Source: Gemmatimonadaceae bacterium (lineage in GTDB: Bacteria > Gemmatimonadota > Gemmatimonadetes > Gemmatimonadales > Gemmatimonadaceae). Taken from it: 64,000 bases of DNA. Each line of letters begins with the position of its first letter. Position 1 is the first letter of the stretch. Below are positions 9,401-18,611 of the stretch, piece after piece. The position numbers and the translations under genes were made by a program. The stretch is taken from contig DATEKK010000226.1 in assembly GCA_035277485.1 (NCBI GenBank), forward strand, positions 28,740 to 92,739, written 5' to 3'. Under the pieces are notes generated by a model that ran no database searches, was not told where the DNA came from, and was given only the letters and a program-made list of their open reading frames with translations.

Positions 9401-11113
9401 TTACATGCTGCGATACTTGGCGCCGCTGCCGCCCTCGCGCGGCGTCCACCGCGGACCCACGTCGTCAGTCGCCTTGCAGTCCACGCAGTTCGCCGGACTC
9501 ACCACCAGGCGGTCTCCATCGCGTTCGTACACGCCGGCCGGACACAAGTGGGCGTAGAAGTCGGCCATCGCCGGCGGAATGTCCTGCCCAACGATCAGAT
9601 GCGATGGAATGTCGTCGCGCGTGGCGTTGCCGGAGCGGAACACCGCATCCAGCTTCGAGAACGTCAGCTTGCCATCCGGCTGCACGTGCGTCACGCTCTC
9701 GGCCGTGCGCGCGACGTCGGCATCCGCTTCCGACGTGAGGTGTCCGCCGGGGAACGCGCCGCGCGTGAGCGTCATGAGGCCCGCTTTGATCCCGCCGCCG
9801 TAAATGCCGCCGTGCTGGAATGCGAGCCGCATGTTGCGGCGTTCGTACAGGTCGCGCGTGATGTAGCTCTCTCGTACCATCTGGTCGTAGGGCGCGAGAG
9901 CCGCCGCCGATGTGTCCTGCTTCTTGAGCGCGTCGAAGATGGCGCGCGCCGCGAAGATCCCCGATTGCATCGCGTAGTGAATTCCTTTGAGCGACGCGAC
10001 CTCCACGAATCCCGCGGCGTCGCCGGTCATGATCAGGCCGTCCCCATACCGCCGCTCCGGAAGCGCCCAGTACCCGCCCTCGGGGATGGTTTTCGCCCCC
10101 CACTCGATCATCTCGCCGCCCTCGAGGTACGAGCGAAACAGCGGGTGCAGCTTGAGCCGCTGCAACAGCTCGTGCGCATCCAGCGACGCCTGCGGATAGT
10201 CGAGCCCCACCACGATGCCCACCGCGACCTGCTTGCCGCCTAACGGATACATGAAGCTGCCGCCGAACACGTCGTTGGGCAGCGGCCAGCCGAGCGTGTG
10301 GACCACGGCATCCAACGGACGCGTTGCCTCCCACAGCTCCTTCACGCCTAACGCAAACAGCGGCGGGTTGGGCGATGTGATGCCCCGCCACGCGCGATAC
10401 GCCTGCGTCAGCACGCCGCGCGTCCCTTCGGCCAGCACCGTCACCCGCGCGGTGAGATCCGTGGGCGGCGTGTACCCCGGACCGGGCGTCCCGTCGCGGG
10501 CCAGTCCCGACGGCGTCGTCCGCACGCCGATCACCCGCTCGCCCTCCACCAGGAGCGAGGCGACCGGGAACCCCGTGAACAGATTGACGCCCGCCGCCTC
10601 GGCCTTCTCGCCTAACCAGCGCACCATCTCGCAAATCGAGCCCACGTAGTTGCCGTGGTTGCGCATCGTGGGCGGTGTGGGCAGACGCAGCGCGCGCGAG
10701 CCGGTCATGAAATACACGCGCTCGCCCGTCACTGCGGCGCGGAACGGGAATTCGCGGTCCGGCATTCCCGGAAAGAGCGCGCGGAATGCCACCGGGTTCA
10801 CCACCGCGCCCGAGAGACAGTGCTCGCCTAACGCGCCGGCTTTCTCGAGCACGCCGATCTGGAGCTCGCCTAACGAACCGCCCGCCTCGGCGTCGGCGCG
10901 CGCGAGACGCGCCAGCTCGATCGCGCCCGCGAGCCCCGCCGGCCCGCCGCCCACGAACACCACGTCCATCGGCACCGCCTCGGCGTCGGGCGGCTCCGCC
11001 ACGATGAAACGATCCGTCGGAAGCGGCGGCTGGTACTGACCGGGGACGAGGGGAAGCGGTCGACCGGATGGCGTCATGAGCGGAGTGGAGTGTGAGGGCC
11101 GGCCGCTCACCAC
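9401..11113 (-). CDS. electron transfer flavoprotein-ubiquinone oxidoreductase
   Basis: FAD fold DVVFVGGGPAGLAGA. The C-terminal 4Fe-4S region has CPAGVY...CVDCKATD. An alternative ATG start lies at 11077. Confidence 0.9.
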   Translation of the reverse strand: MVSGRPSHSTPLMTPSGRPLPLVPGQYQPPLPTDRFIVAEPPDAEAVPMDVVFVGGGPAGLAGAIELARLARADAEAGGSLGELQIGVLEKAGALGEHCLSGAVVNPVAFRALFPGMPDREFPFRAAVTGERVYFMTGSRALRLPTPPTMRNHGNYVGSICEMVRWLGEKAEAAGVNLFTGFPVASLLVEGERVIGVRTTPSGLARDGTPGPGYTPPTDLTARVTVLAEGTRGVLTQAYRAWRGITSPNPPLFALGVKELWEATRPLDAVVHTLGWPLPNDVFGGSFMYPLGGKQVAVGIVVGLDYPQASLDAHELLQRLKLHPLFRSYLEGGEMIEWGAKTIPEGGYWALPERRYGDGLIMTGDAAGFVEVASLKGIHYAMQSGIFAARAIFDALKKQDTSAAALAPYDQMVRESYITRDLYERRNMRLAFQHGGIYGGGIKAGLMTLTRGAFPGGHLTSEADADVARTAESVTHVQPDGKLTFSKLDAVFRSGNATRDDIPSHLIVGQDIPPAMADFYAHLCPAGVYERDGDRLVVSPANCVDCKATDDVGPRWTPREGGSGAKYRSM

Positions 11114-11128
11114 GCGGCCGGCACGCGA

Positions 11129-12118
11129 TCAATGCGACTGTTTCGCCTTGCGCACCGCTTCGGTGAGCACCGGCAACACTTCGAGCACGTCGCCCACCAC
11201 GCCGTAGTCCGCGATCTTGAAGATGGGCGCCTCGCGATCCTTGTTGATCGCGACGATGGTCTTGGAGGTGCGCATGCCGGCCAGATGCTGGATCGCTCCC
11301 GAGATGCCGCACGCCACGTACAGATCCGGGCTCACCAACCGACCGGTCTGTCCGATCTGATCCGTGTGCGGACGCCACCCGTCGTCGGTTACCGCCCGCG
11401 TGGCGCCGACCGCCGCATTCCCGAACGCGCTCGCGAGCTCTTCGACCAGCTTGAAGTTTTCCGGTGCGCGGAGCCCGCGCCCGCCGCTCACGATCACCGG
11501 TGCCTCGCCCAGGTCGAGCTTGGCCGTGTTGCCGGCGAGCAATTCCTTGGGCACGACGCGCGCCGAGGCCGGGTCGATCGCGGGAGCGATCGTCTGCACA
11601 CGCGCCGTGCGCGGCGCGCGCGTCGCGGTCACCGCGCCCGGGCGCAGCGACAGCAGCACCGGCGTGCCGGTGATGGACAGCGTCGCAATCACCTTCCCCG
11701 TGTTCACCGGATGCCTGACGACGATCGCGTCGCCCGACGCCTCGAACGCTATCACGTCGGCGCCGAGCGCGACGCCTAACTTTGCCGCCACGCGGGGCGC
11801 GAGATCGCGGCCTTGCGCCGATGCGCTGAAGAACGCCGCGCGATACGAGCCGGCGCCTACGCGCGCCGCGGCCGTGGCGGCCGCCACCTCAGGCGAATAC
11901 AACGCCAGTCCCGGGTGCTCCACCACTTCCACCGCGTCGGCCCCGTGCGCAGCGACCAACTCGGCTTTCGCCGCCATGCCCGGCGCACCGATGATCAGCG
12001 CGTGCACCTCGCCGCCGCCCGTGGCGTCCGCCAACTGACGAGCCGCGGTCACCGCCTCGAGTCCGACACGCCGCAGCTCCCCGCTCCGCGATTCGACGAA
12101 TGCAAAGGTGTTCGCCAT
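11129..12118 (-). CDS. etfA: electron transfer flavoprotein subunit alpha
   Basis: 329 aa. Contains [19 protein letters not shown], typical of EtfA. Start overlaps the etfB stop by 1 nt. Confidence 0.9.
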   Translation of the reverse strand: MANTFAFVESRSGELRRVGLEAVTAARQLADATGGGEVHALIIGAPGMAAKAELVAAHGADAVEVVEHPGLALYSPEVAAATAAARVGAGSYRAAFFSASAQGRDLAPRVAAKLGVALGADVIAFEASGDAIVVRHPVNTGKVIATLSITGTPVLLSLRPGAVTATRAPRTARVQTIAPAIDPASARVVPKELLAGNTAKLDLGEAPVIVSGGRGLRAPENFKLVEELASAFGNAAVGATRAVTDDGWRPHTDQIGQTGRLVSPDLYVACGISGAIQHLAGMRTSKTIVAINKDREAPIFKIADYGVVGDVLEVLPVLTEAVRKAKQSH

Positions 12119-12870
12119 CAGAGCACCTTCGCTTCCGTTTGCAGCAGCCGCACCAACTCCGGCACCGCTGCCGGACCTTCACCGATGATCCGCCCGCCCG
12201 TCCGCTCGGGCGGCAATTCCATTCTGATCACCTTCACGCGCCATTCTCCCACCTGCGCCGGTTTCACCTCGAGCGGTTTCTTTTTCGCCGCCATGATGCC
12301 CTTGAGCGACGGCAACCGCGGCCGCGCGATGCCTTCATCGATCGTCACCACCGCCGGCAGCGGAAACTCGAGCACCTCCGCTGCGCCCTCGAGCTCGCGG
12401 CGCGCCGTGCCCCGGCCGTTGGTAATCGTGAGCTGCGACGCCGCCGAAACGCATGGGAGTCCCAACAATTCCGCGGTCATCGGCCCGACGCTCTGATTCG
12501 CTGCGTCGATCGCCATCCGGCCGAAGAGCACGAGATCGTAGCCGCCGCCCTTGAGCTCGTCCGCCAGCACGCGCGCCAAGGCCAGCGCATCCGCCGGCAC
12601 CGAATCGGCCTTGAGGTGCACCGCCTTGTCGGCGCCCATGCTCAGCGCCTTGCGCAGCGTTTCCTGGACCGTGTCGGGGCCCAGCGAGATGACCGTCACC
12701 TCGCCCGCGCCCTCCTTTTCCTTGAGCTGCAGCGCGGCTTCCACCGCGAATCCATCGAAATCCGCGATGTCGAACTTCACACCCGTCTCATCGACGGACG
12801 TCCCATTCGCCGCGATCTTGAAGCGCGTCTCCATGTCGGCGGCGCGCTTGATGCACACGGCCATCTTCAC
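12118..12870 (-). CDS. etfB: electron transfer flavoprotein subunit beta
   Basis: 250 aa, beginning MKMAVCIKRAADMETRFKI and containing LVLFGRMAIDAANQSVGPM. Confidence 0.9.
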   Translation of the reverse strand: MKMAVCIKRAADMETRFKIAANGTSVDETGVKFDIADFDGFAVEAALQLKEKEGAGEVTVISLGPDTVQETLRKALSMGADKAVHLKADSVPADALALARVLADELKGGGYDLVLFGRMAIDAANQSVGPMTAELLGLPCVSAASQLTITNGRGTARRELEGAAEVLEFPLPAVVTIDEGIARPRLPSLKGIMAAKKKPLEVKPAQVGEWRVKVIRMELPPERTGGRIIGEGPAAVPELVRLLQTEAKVL

Positions 12871-12955
12871 CGCGCGTACTCCTTGCGTTTGAGTTCGACA
12901 ACAACAGAGCGGCGGCCCGACCCCGCACTCCCATCACGGCGCGCCGCTCGGGCGG

Positions 12956-14128
12956 TCACTGGAACGCGTTCAGGCCCGTGATCGCTTGGCCTAACACAAG
13001 CGTGTGCACGTCGTGCGTCCCCTCGTACGTGTACACGCTCTCCAGATTCGCCATGTGGCGCATCGATGCGTACTCGGCCAGAATCCCGTTCGCGCCCAAC
13101 AACCGGCGCGCCTCCCGCGCGATGTCCGTCGCCATGCTCACGTTGTTCCGCTTCGCCAACGAGACCTGTTGCGGCGTCATCGTTCCCGCATCCTTGAGCC
13201 GCCCCAGGTGCAGCGTGAGCAGCTGCCCTTTCACGATTTCCGTCAACATCTCGGCGAGCCGCGCCTGCTGCAGCTGAAACGCGCCGATCGGCTTGCCGAA
13301 CATCACCCGGTTGCACGCGTACGACGCCGCTTCCTCGTAGCACGCCATCGCCGCGCCCACGCTGCCCCACGCAATGCCGTACCGCGCCTGCGTCAGACAC
13401 ATGAGCGGACTCTTGAGTCCACCGCTCTTCGGCAGAATCGCATCCGCCGGCACGTGCACGTCCTGCATCACCAGCTCGCTCGTATCCGAGGCGCGGAGCG
13501 ACAATTTGCCCTTCTGGTCGCGCGCCGTGAACCCGGGCGCGTTAGTCGGCACCACGAATCCGCGAATGGAGCGCTCGTCCTTGTCGCCGTTCGTTTTCGC
13601 CCACACCACCGCCACCTGCGCCGTCGAGCCGTTGGTGATCCACATCTTGGCGCCGTTCAACACCCAGCTGCCATCCGACTGCTGGCGCGCCATCGTGATC
13701 ATGCCCGCCGGATTCGACCCGTAGTCGGGTTCCGTTAGGCCAAAACATCCGATGATCTCGCCGTTGGCCATCTTCGGCAGATAGCTGCGTTTCTGCTCGT
13801 CGCTCCCGAACGCGAAGATCGGATACATCACGAGCGCGCCCTGCACCGACGCAAACGATCGCACCCCCGAGTCGCCGCGCTCGAGCTCCTGCATGATCAA
13901 TCCATACGACACGTTGTTGAGTCCCGCGCACCCGTACTCCTCCGGCAGATTCGCGCCGAACACGCCGAGCGACGCGAGCTCGGGTACCAGCTCGCGGGGG
14001 AAACGACCTTCCACATAACAATCGCCGATGATCGGCAGTACACGCTCGTCCACGAAGCGGTGCACACTGTCCCGCACCGCGCGCTCTTCTTCGGACAGCG
14101 CGCTGTCGATGGCATAGAAGTCTGTCAT
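12956..14128 (-). CDS. gcdH: acyl-CoA dehydrogenase, glutaryl-CoA dehydrogenase-like
   Basis: 390 aa. Contains GCFGLTEPDYGSNPAGM and YTYEGTHDVHTLVLG. It lies directly upstream of etfBA. Confidence 0.8.
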   Translation of the reverse strand: MTDFYAIDSALSEEERAVRDSVHRFVDERVLPIIGDCYVEGRFPRELVPELASLGVFGANLPEEYGCAGLNNVSYGLIMQELERGDSGVRSFASVQGALVMYPIFAFGSDEQKRSYLPKMANGEIIGCFGLTEPDYGSNPAGMITMARQQSDGSWVLNGAKMWITNGSTAQVAVVWAKTNGDKDERSIRGFVVPTNAPGFTARDQKGKLSLRASDTSELVMQDVHVPADAILPKSGGLKSPLMCLTQARYGIAWGSVGAAMACYEEAASYACNRVMFGKPIGAFQLQQARLAEMLTEIVKGQLLTLHLGRLKDAGTMTPQQVSLAKRNNVSMATDIAREARRLLGANGILAEYASMRHMANLESVYTYEGTHDVHTLVLGQAITGLNAFQ

Positions 14129-14164
14129 GGCGCGAAAACTACTCGGTACGCCAAGACTTCGGTA

Positions 14165-14890
14165 TCAGATCGCCGCGCGCACGTCGCCGTGCCAGGCACT
14201 CTCCATCGAGCGCCGCGCCCGCGGCTCAATACCCAGCTCGCGCGCCTTCGCGCGAAAGGCGCGCCCGTGATCGAGCGGCAATCCTCGCTCGGCCTGCCAC
14301 TGATGCACCATCTCGTGCAGCAGCGTGTGTAGCACTTCCGTCCACGGCTCGCGCCGGATGTGCGACCGGCTGATCGCGATCTCGGGCGCCAGGCCGTCGG
14401 CCGCCACCGTGTATTGCCCCAGCCGGCTTCGCATCCGCCGAGACACCGCGATGTCGACGGGTCGCAACGATCCATCGAAATAACGCCGGTTGTACTCCTC
14501 GTGCGCCTTCGCGAGCTCGGCGAGCAGCACGGCATCTTCCCGGCGCGGGCGCGCCCGCCGCCGAGGACGTCGAGCTCCCTCGTCGCGCGGCGCGTGCTCG
14601 AGGATCACGCGTTCGGCCTCGCGCCGCGCGCGACGCGTCCGGCTCCCCACGAACCCGACGATCGCCCGCCAGACCTCTGGCGGCGCGGCCAGATACGCCT
14701 CGTGCACCCGCAGCACACCACCGCGATAGCTCACCATCACCGTTCGATTCTTCGTGAGCTCGCACCGCTCGATCCGATGGTCCAGGCCGATCGCGTGCAG
14801 GCGTCGCAATAGCGTCGCGCCGTCGCGCGGGGCTGCATCGAACGCCAGCTCCAGTTGGGTGGCAGCCCCGCGCAGCAGTCGCCCGATCAC
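14165..14890 (-). CDS. SprT-like zinc metallopeptidase domain protein
   Basis: GTG 14890 overlaps the stop of the upstream phosphoesterase (GTGA). Contains HTLLHEMVHQW (HExxH) with an SprT-like context YFDGSL...RLGQY. The Arg-rich 5' extension in the ORF track overlaps the neighbouring gene. Confidence 0.6.
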   Translation of the reverse strand: MIGRLLRGAATQLELAFDAAPRDGATLLRRLHAIGLDHRIERCELTKNRTVMVSYRGGVLRVHEAYLAAPPEVWRAIVGFVGSRTRRARREAERVILEHAPRDEGARRPRRRARPRREDAVLLAELAKAHEEYNRRYFDGSLRPVDIAVSRRMRSRLGQYTVAADGLAPEIAISRSHIRREPWTEVLHTLLHEMVHQWQAERGLPLDHGRAFRAKARELGIEPRARRSMESAWHGDVRAAI

Positions 14891-15708
14891 CGCTCGAACG
14901 TTTGCGTGGGCCCGTCGACGAATGCGACGTCGCGCGACGACCATACGAGCGTGTGCACGTCGATCCGCCCCGGATCCAGCGCGATCACGTTCACCGACGA
15001 CGGCCGGCCGCCGCGCGACCGGTCCGACACCGTCCCCGCGGTCGACACCACGGTCCCGCCGCGCGAGTGCTCGACGAACTGAATGGCTTCCTGATGGTCG
15101 TGCCCGCACATCACGAGGTCCACGCCTAACGCCTCGAATGCGCCTAACGCTCGGCGCGGGTGCGCGAGGCCGTAGCGCCGCGACAGCTGTCCTTTGAGCG
15201 GATTGTGGTGCATCACGATCGCGCGCCGGTCGCCGGCCGGCGACGCCTCGAAGACGCGGCGCGCGTGATCGACCTGCCGCGCCTCGAGATTTCCCACCAC
15301 GCCGATGTCGCGCGGATTCCACGTGAGCGTGTGGAGCTGCACGCCGTGCGCCGTGTTGAGCCCCACGAACGTCACGCCCGGAACGTGCAGCACCGGCTCC
15401 AATTCCTTCGAGATGTAGCGCCGATAATCCGCGAACAACCCGCTGCCGAGACCCAAGCCTAACGGCGCGCGCCACCACTTCACATCGTGATTGCCCGGCA
15501 CGACGATGGTCGCGCTCACGCGGGCGGCGTCGCGCAGAAATTTGCGTGCGCGCTGGAACTCGCCTGCCCTCGCACGCTGCGACATGTCGCCGGAGATAGC
15601 CACCACGTCGAAGTGTCGCGTCTCTATCAGTTGTTCAATGGCATCGACCTGCTCGGGGACAGCCGGCTTTCCGAAATGCACATCGGAGACGTGAAGAACC
15701 GTCGTCAC
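14887..15708 (-). CDS. metallophosphoesterase (calcineurin-like)
   Basis: Contains VLHVSDVHFG, ISGDMS, VPGNHD and MHHNP...GHDH motifs. Confidence 0.8.
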   Translation of the reverse strand: MTTVLHVSDVHFGKPAVPEQVDAIEQLIETRHFDVVAISGDMSQRARAGEFQRARKFLRDAARVSATIVVPGNHDVKWWRAPLGLGLGSGLFADYRRYISKELEPVLHVPGVTFVGLNTAHGVQLHTLTWNPRDIGVVGNLEARQVDHARRVFEASPAGDRRAIVMHHNPLKGQLSRRYGLAHPRRALGAFEALGVDLVMCGHDHQEAIQFVEHSRGGTVVSTAGTVSDRSRGGRPSSVNVIALDPGRIDVHTLVWSSRDVAFVDGPTQTFER

Positions 15709-15783
15709 GACGCCCTCGCGGCGGCCCGGGCCGCAAGGCGCATCGCGTCGATGCGCGCTATCGGAATCGCCATGCGCTCCTGC

Positions 15784-16437
15784 TCACGGGGCGGACACCA
15801 GGTCGGCCAGACGCTCCGCGAAGCTCGCGGCAAGTCCACGCGAAAATTTCGAGGCCGGGTCGCTCGAGACATCGGCCATCCACATGATGCGCGCTTGGCG
15901 TGCATCGAACACGACCAGGCGAACCACGGCGCGCTCTTCGCCGGGACCCGCGCCGACAAATCGCACTTCGATGGGAAACAACACGTACCGGCAATCATCC
16001 TCGAGCGCCACCAGAGTGCGGAGTTGAGAGGCCAGCGGCTCCGGCACCATGTCCGGAACATTCTTCATTGGTGGACGGAGCCATTCCGCCGCCAGGTCGT
16101 ACACGTCCGGCGCATACGGCGCGTTTCGCCGAGCGTTCTCCGCCAACTGGTGCGGGAACACCCACATCCGCCCAATCCGGTCTCGATCGCGCAGCGCGAA
16201 CGCGATCTCGCCGTCTACATCATCCAGAAACGCCTTCCGGTCGCTGATCTGCGCCGCCCAACCCAACGAGTCGTCCGTTCGCAGATAATGTGTCGGAATG
16301 ACCAGCACGCGGCGCGTCGCATACGGCGCGAGCGGACGTCCGGCCGTCGGTGAGGTCTCATGTAATGACTGTGACGACACCCGCACGGCGCCAACGCACA
16401 TGGCCACCATGCCGACGACCATCAGAAGCGGTTTCAC
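15784..16437 (-). CDS. hypothetical exported protein
   Basis: GTG start before the hydrophobic segment KPLLMVVGMVAMCVGAV. The ORF-track start at 16689 would overlap the cstA promoter and start. No family recognised. Confidence 0.4.
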   Translation of the reverse strand: MKPLLMVVGMVAMCVGAVRVSSQSLHETSPTAGRPLAPYATRRVLVIPTHYLRTDDSLGWAAQISDRKAFLDDVDGEIAFALRDRDRIGRMWVFPHQLAENARRNAPYAPDVYDLAAEWLRPPMKNVPDMVPEPLASQLRTLVALEDDCRYVLFPIEVRFVGAGPGEERAVVRLVVFDARQARIMWMADVSSDPASKFSRGLAASFAERLADLVSAP

Positions 16438-16558
16438 GAAAGTCCTGGGCTGAGATGGGAGAAACTTACCTTGATGGAGACGATCCGTGCAGCACCGCGT
16501 CTCCGGCGCGCGCTCCCAACTCTTGTCGGCGGCTGGTGCGACGCGCAGAATCTCGGGC

Positions 16559-18592
16559 ATGAAGAAGGTCCTGTCCGCGACAGTCTGGATCGCAGTCGCC
16601 TGCTTGGGAGCCGGCTCGCTCGCCTGGCTCGCGCTGTCGCGCGGTGAAACCGTCAACGCCGCGTGGCTCATCACCGCGGCCGTGTGCACGTTCGCCGTCG
16701 GGTACCGGTTCTACTCCAAATTCATCGCCGCGCGCGTGTTCGCGCTCGACGCGCGCAGGCCGACCCCGGCAGTGCGCCTCGAGGACGGCCGCGACTTCGT
16801 CCCCACCAATCGGTGGATCGTGTTCGGTCACCACTTCGCGGCGATCGCCGGCCCGGGGCCGCTCGTTGGGCCGACACTCGCCGCCCAATTCGGTTTTCTC
16901 CCCGGCGCGCTCTGGATCATCATCGGCGTCGTGCTCGGCGGCGCCGTTCAGGACTTCGTGATCCTGGCCGCTTCCGTGCGACGCGACGGCCGCACGCTGG
17001 GCCAGATGGCCAAGGATGAGATCGGTCCGACCGCCGGCTTCACCGCGCTCGTGGCCGTCCTCGGCATCATGATCATCCTGATCTCGGTGCTGGGGCTCGT
17101 GGTGGTCAACGCGCTCAAGGCCAGCCCGTGGGGCACGGTGACGATCGGCCTCACCATCCCGATCGCGCTTCTGTTAGGCATCTACCTGCGATGGATCCGC
17201 CCGGGACGCGTGCTCGAGGCGACCCTGTTGGGACTCGTGCTCCTCGCCGTTGCCCTGTACGCGGGCCAGTGGGTAGCCGCCAACCCGTCGCTCGCGCCGC
17301 TCTTCACGCTCGACGCGAAGACGCTCGCCATCCTCGTCATGGCCTACAGCTTCGCCGCGTCGGTCGTACCGGTGTGGCTGCTGCTCGCGCCGCGCGACTA
17401 CCTGTCGGCCTTCGTGAAGATCGGCGTCGTGGTGGCGCTTGCGTTAGGCATCGTGATCGTGCTGCCGCCGCTCCAGATGCCGTCGCTCACGCGGTTCGTC
17501 GACGGCACCGGCCCCATCTTCGCCGGCAAAGTATTTCCATTCGCGTTCATCACCATCGCCTGCGGCGCCATCTCGGGCTTCCACGCGCTCATCGCATCGG
17601 GCACCACACCCAAACTGCTCGAGCGCGAACCCGACGCGCGTCCGATCGGCTATGGCGGCATGCTGATGGAAGCGCTCGTCGGCGTCATGGCCCTCATCGC
17701 CGCCTGCGTGCTGACGCCCGGCGTCTACTTCGCGATCAATGCGCCGTCGGGCCTACTCGGACCAACCGCCGCGAGCGCCGCGCACGCAATCTCGGCGTGG
17801 GGCTTCACGCTCGACCCGGCCGCGATGCAACACCTCGCCTCCCAGGTCGGCGAAACCTCACTCCTGTCTCGTACCGGCGGCGCGCCGAGTCTCGCCGTCG
17901 GCATGGCGCAATTGTTCACGGGATTATTGGGCGGCTCCGAGGCGATGGCGCTCTGGTATCATTTCGCCATCATGTTCGAGGCGCTCTTCATCCTCACCAC
18001 GCTCGATGCGGGCACCCGGGTCGGCCGCTTCATGCTCCAGGACCTGGGCCGTCACGTCTGGGAACCGTTCGGCCGCGTGTCGTGGTATCCTGCCGTCGTC
18101 CTGTCCAGCGCAACCTTCGTGGCGATGTGGGGCCACTTTCTGTGGCAGGGCGTCATCGACCCGTTAGGCGGCATCAATTCTCTCTGGCCGCTGTTCGGCA
18201 TCTCCAACCAGTTGCTGGCCGCGGTCGCGCTGTGCGTCGGGACCACGGTGATCATCAAAAACGGGAAGGCGCGCTACGCCTGGGTCACACTCGCGCCGCT
18301 CGCCTGGCTCGTGGTGGTCACGCTCACCGCGGGCTGGCAGAAGATCTTCTCGCCAAGTCCGCGCCTCGGCTTTCTTTCGCACGCGCGCACGCTCGCGCAG
18401 GGAGCGCAGGCCGCCGACACCGGCCGCCTCATCTTCAACGACCGGCTCGATGCCGCGGTCGCCGCGTTCTTCATGATCGCCGTCGTCGTGATTCTGTTCG
18501 AGTCGGCGCGCGAATGGTTTCTCGTGTTGCGCGGTGACAGACCGGCCGCCAGCACCGAAGTGCCGTTCGAGCCGACCGCCCTCGCATCGTGA
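16559..18592 (+). CDS. cstA: carbon starvation protein A (peptide/pyruvate transporter family)
   Basis: Starts [17 protein letters not shown]. Polytopic, with [17 protein letters not shown] and [15 protein letters not shown]. Confidence 0.9.
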   Translation: MKKVLSATVWIAVACLGAGSLAWLALSRGETVNAAWLITAAVCTFAVGYRFYSKFIAARVFALDARRPTPAVRLEDGRDFVPTNRWIVFGHHFAAIAGPGPLVGPTLAAQFGFLPGALWIIIGVVLGGAVQDFVILAASVRRDGRTLGQMAKDEIGPTAGFTALVAVLGIMIILISVLGLVVVNALKASPWGTVTIGLTIPIALLLGIYLRWIRPGRVLEATLLGLVLLAVALYAGQWVAANPSLAPLFTLDAKTLAILVMAYSFAASVVPVWLLLAPRDYLSAFVKIGVVVALALGIVIVLPPLQMPSLTRFVDGTGPIFAGKVFPFAFITIACGAISGFHALIASGTTPKLLEREPDARPIGYGGMLMEALVGVMALIAACVLTPGVYFAINAPSGLLGPTAASAAHAISAWGFTLDPAAMQHLASQVGETSLLSRTGGAPSLAVGMAQLFTGLLGGSEAMALWYHFAIMFEALFILTTLDAGTRVGRFMLQDLGRHVWEPFGRVSWYPAVVLSSATFVAMWGHFLWQGVIDPLGGINSLWPLFGISNQLLAAVALCVGTTVIIKNGKARYAWVTLAPLAWLVVVTLTAGWQKIFSPSPRLGFLSHARTLAQGAQAADTGRLIFNDRLDAAVAAFFMIAVVVILFESAREWFLVLRGDRPAASTEVPFEPTALAS

Positions 18593-18611
18593 CTCAACCT
18601 TCGCTTTGACC

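Noticed and set aside
9465-11378. Very long alternative-frame or antisense ORFs. Examples: 9465..11378 (637 aa), 24933..26027, 37332..38366, 29802..30863, 45587..46801, 50580..51935, 4528..5403.
   Set aside because: They are Arg/Ala/Pro/Gly-rich, low-complexity translations. They lie across genes with strong family signatures on another frame or strand. This is the usual shadow-ORF artefact of GC-rich DNA.
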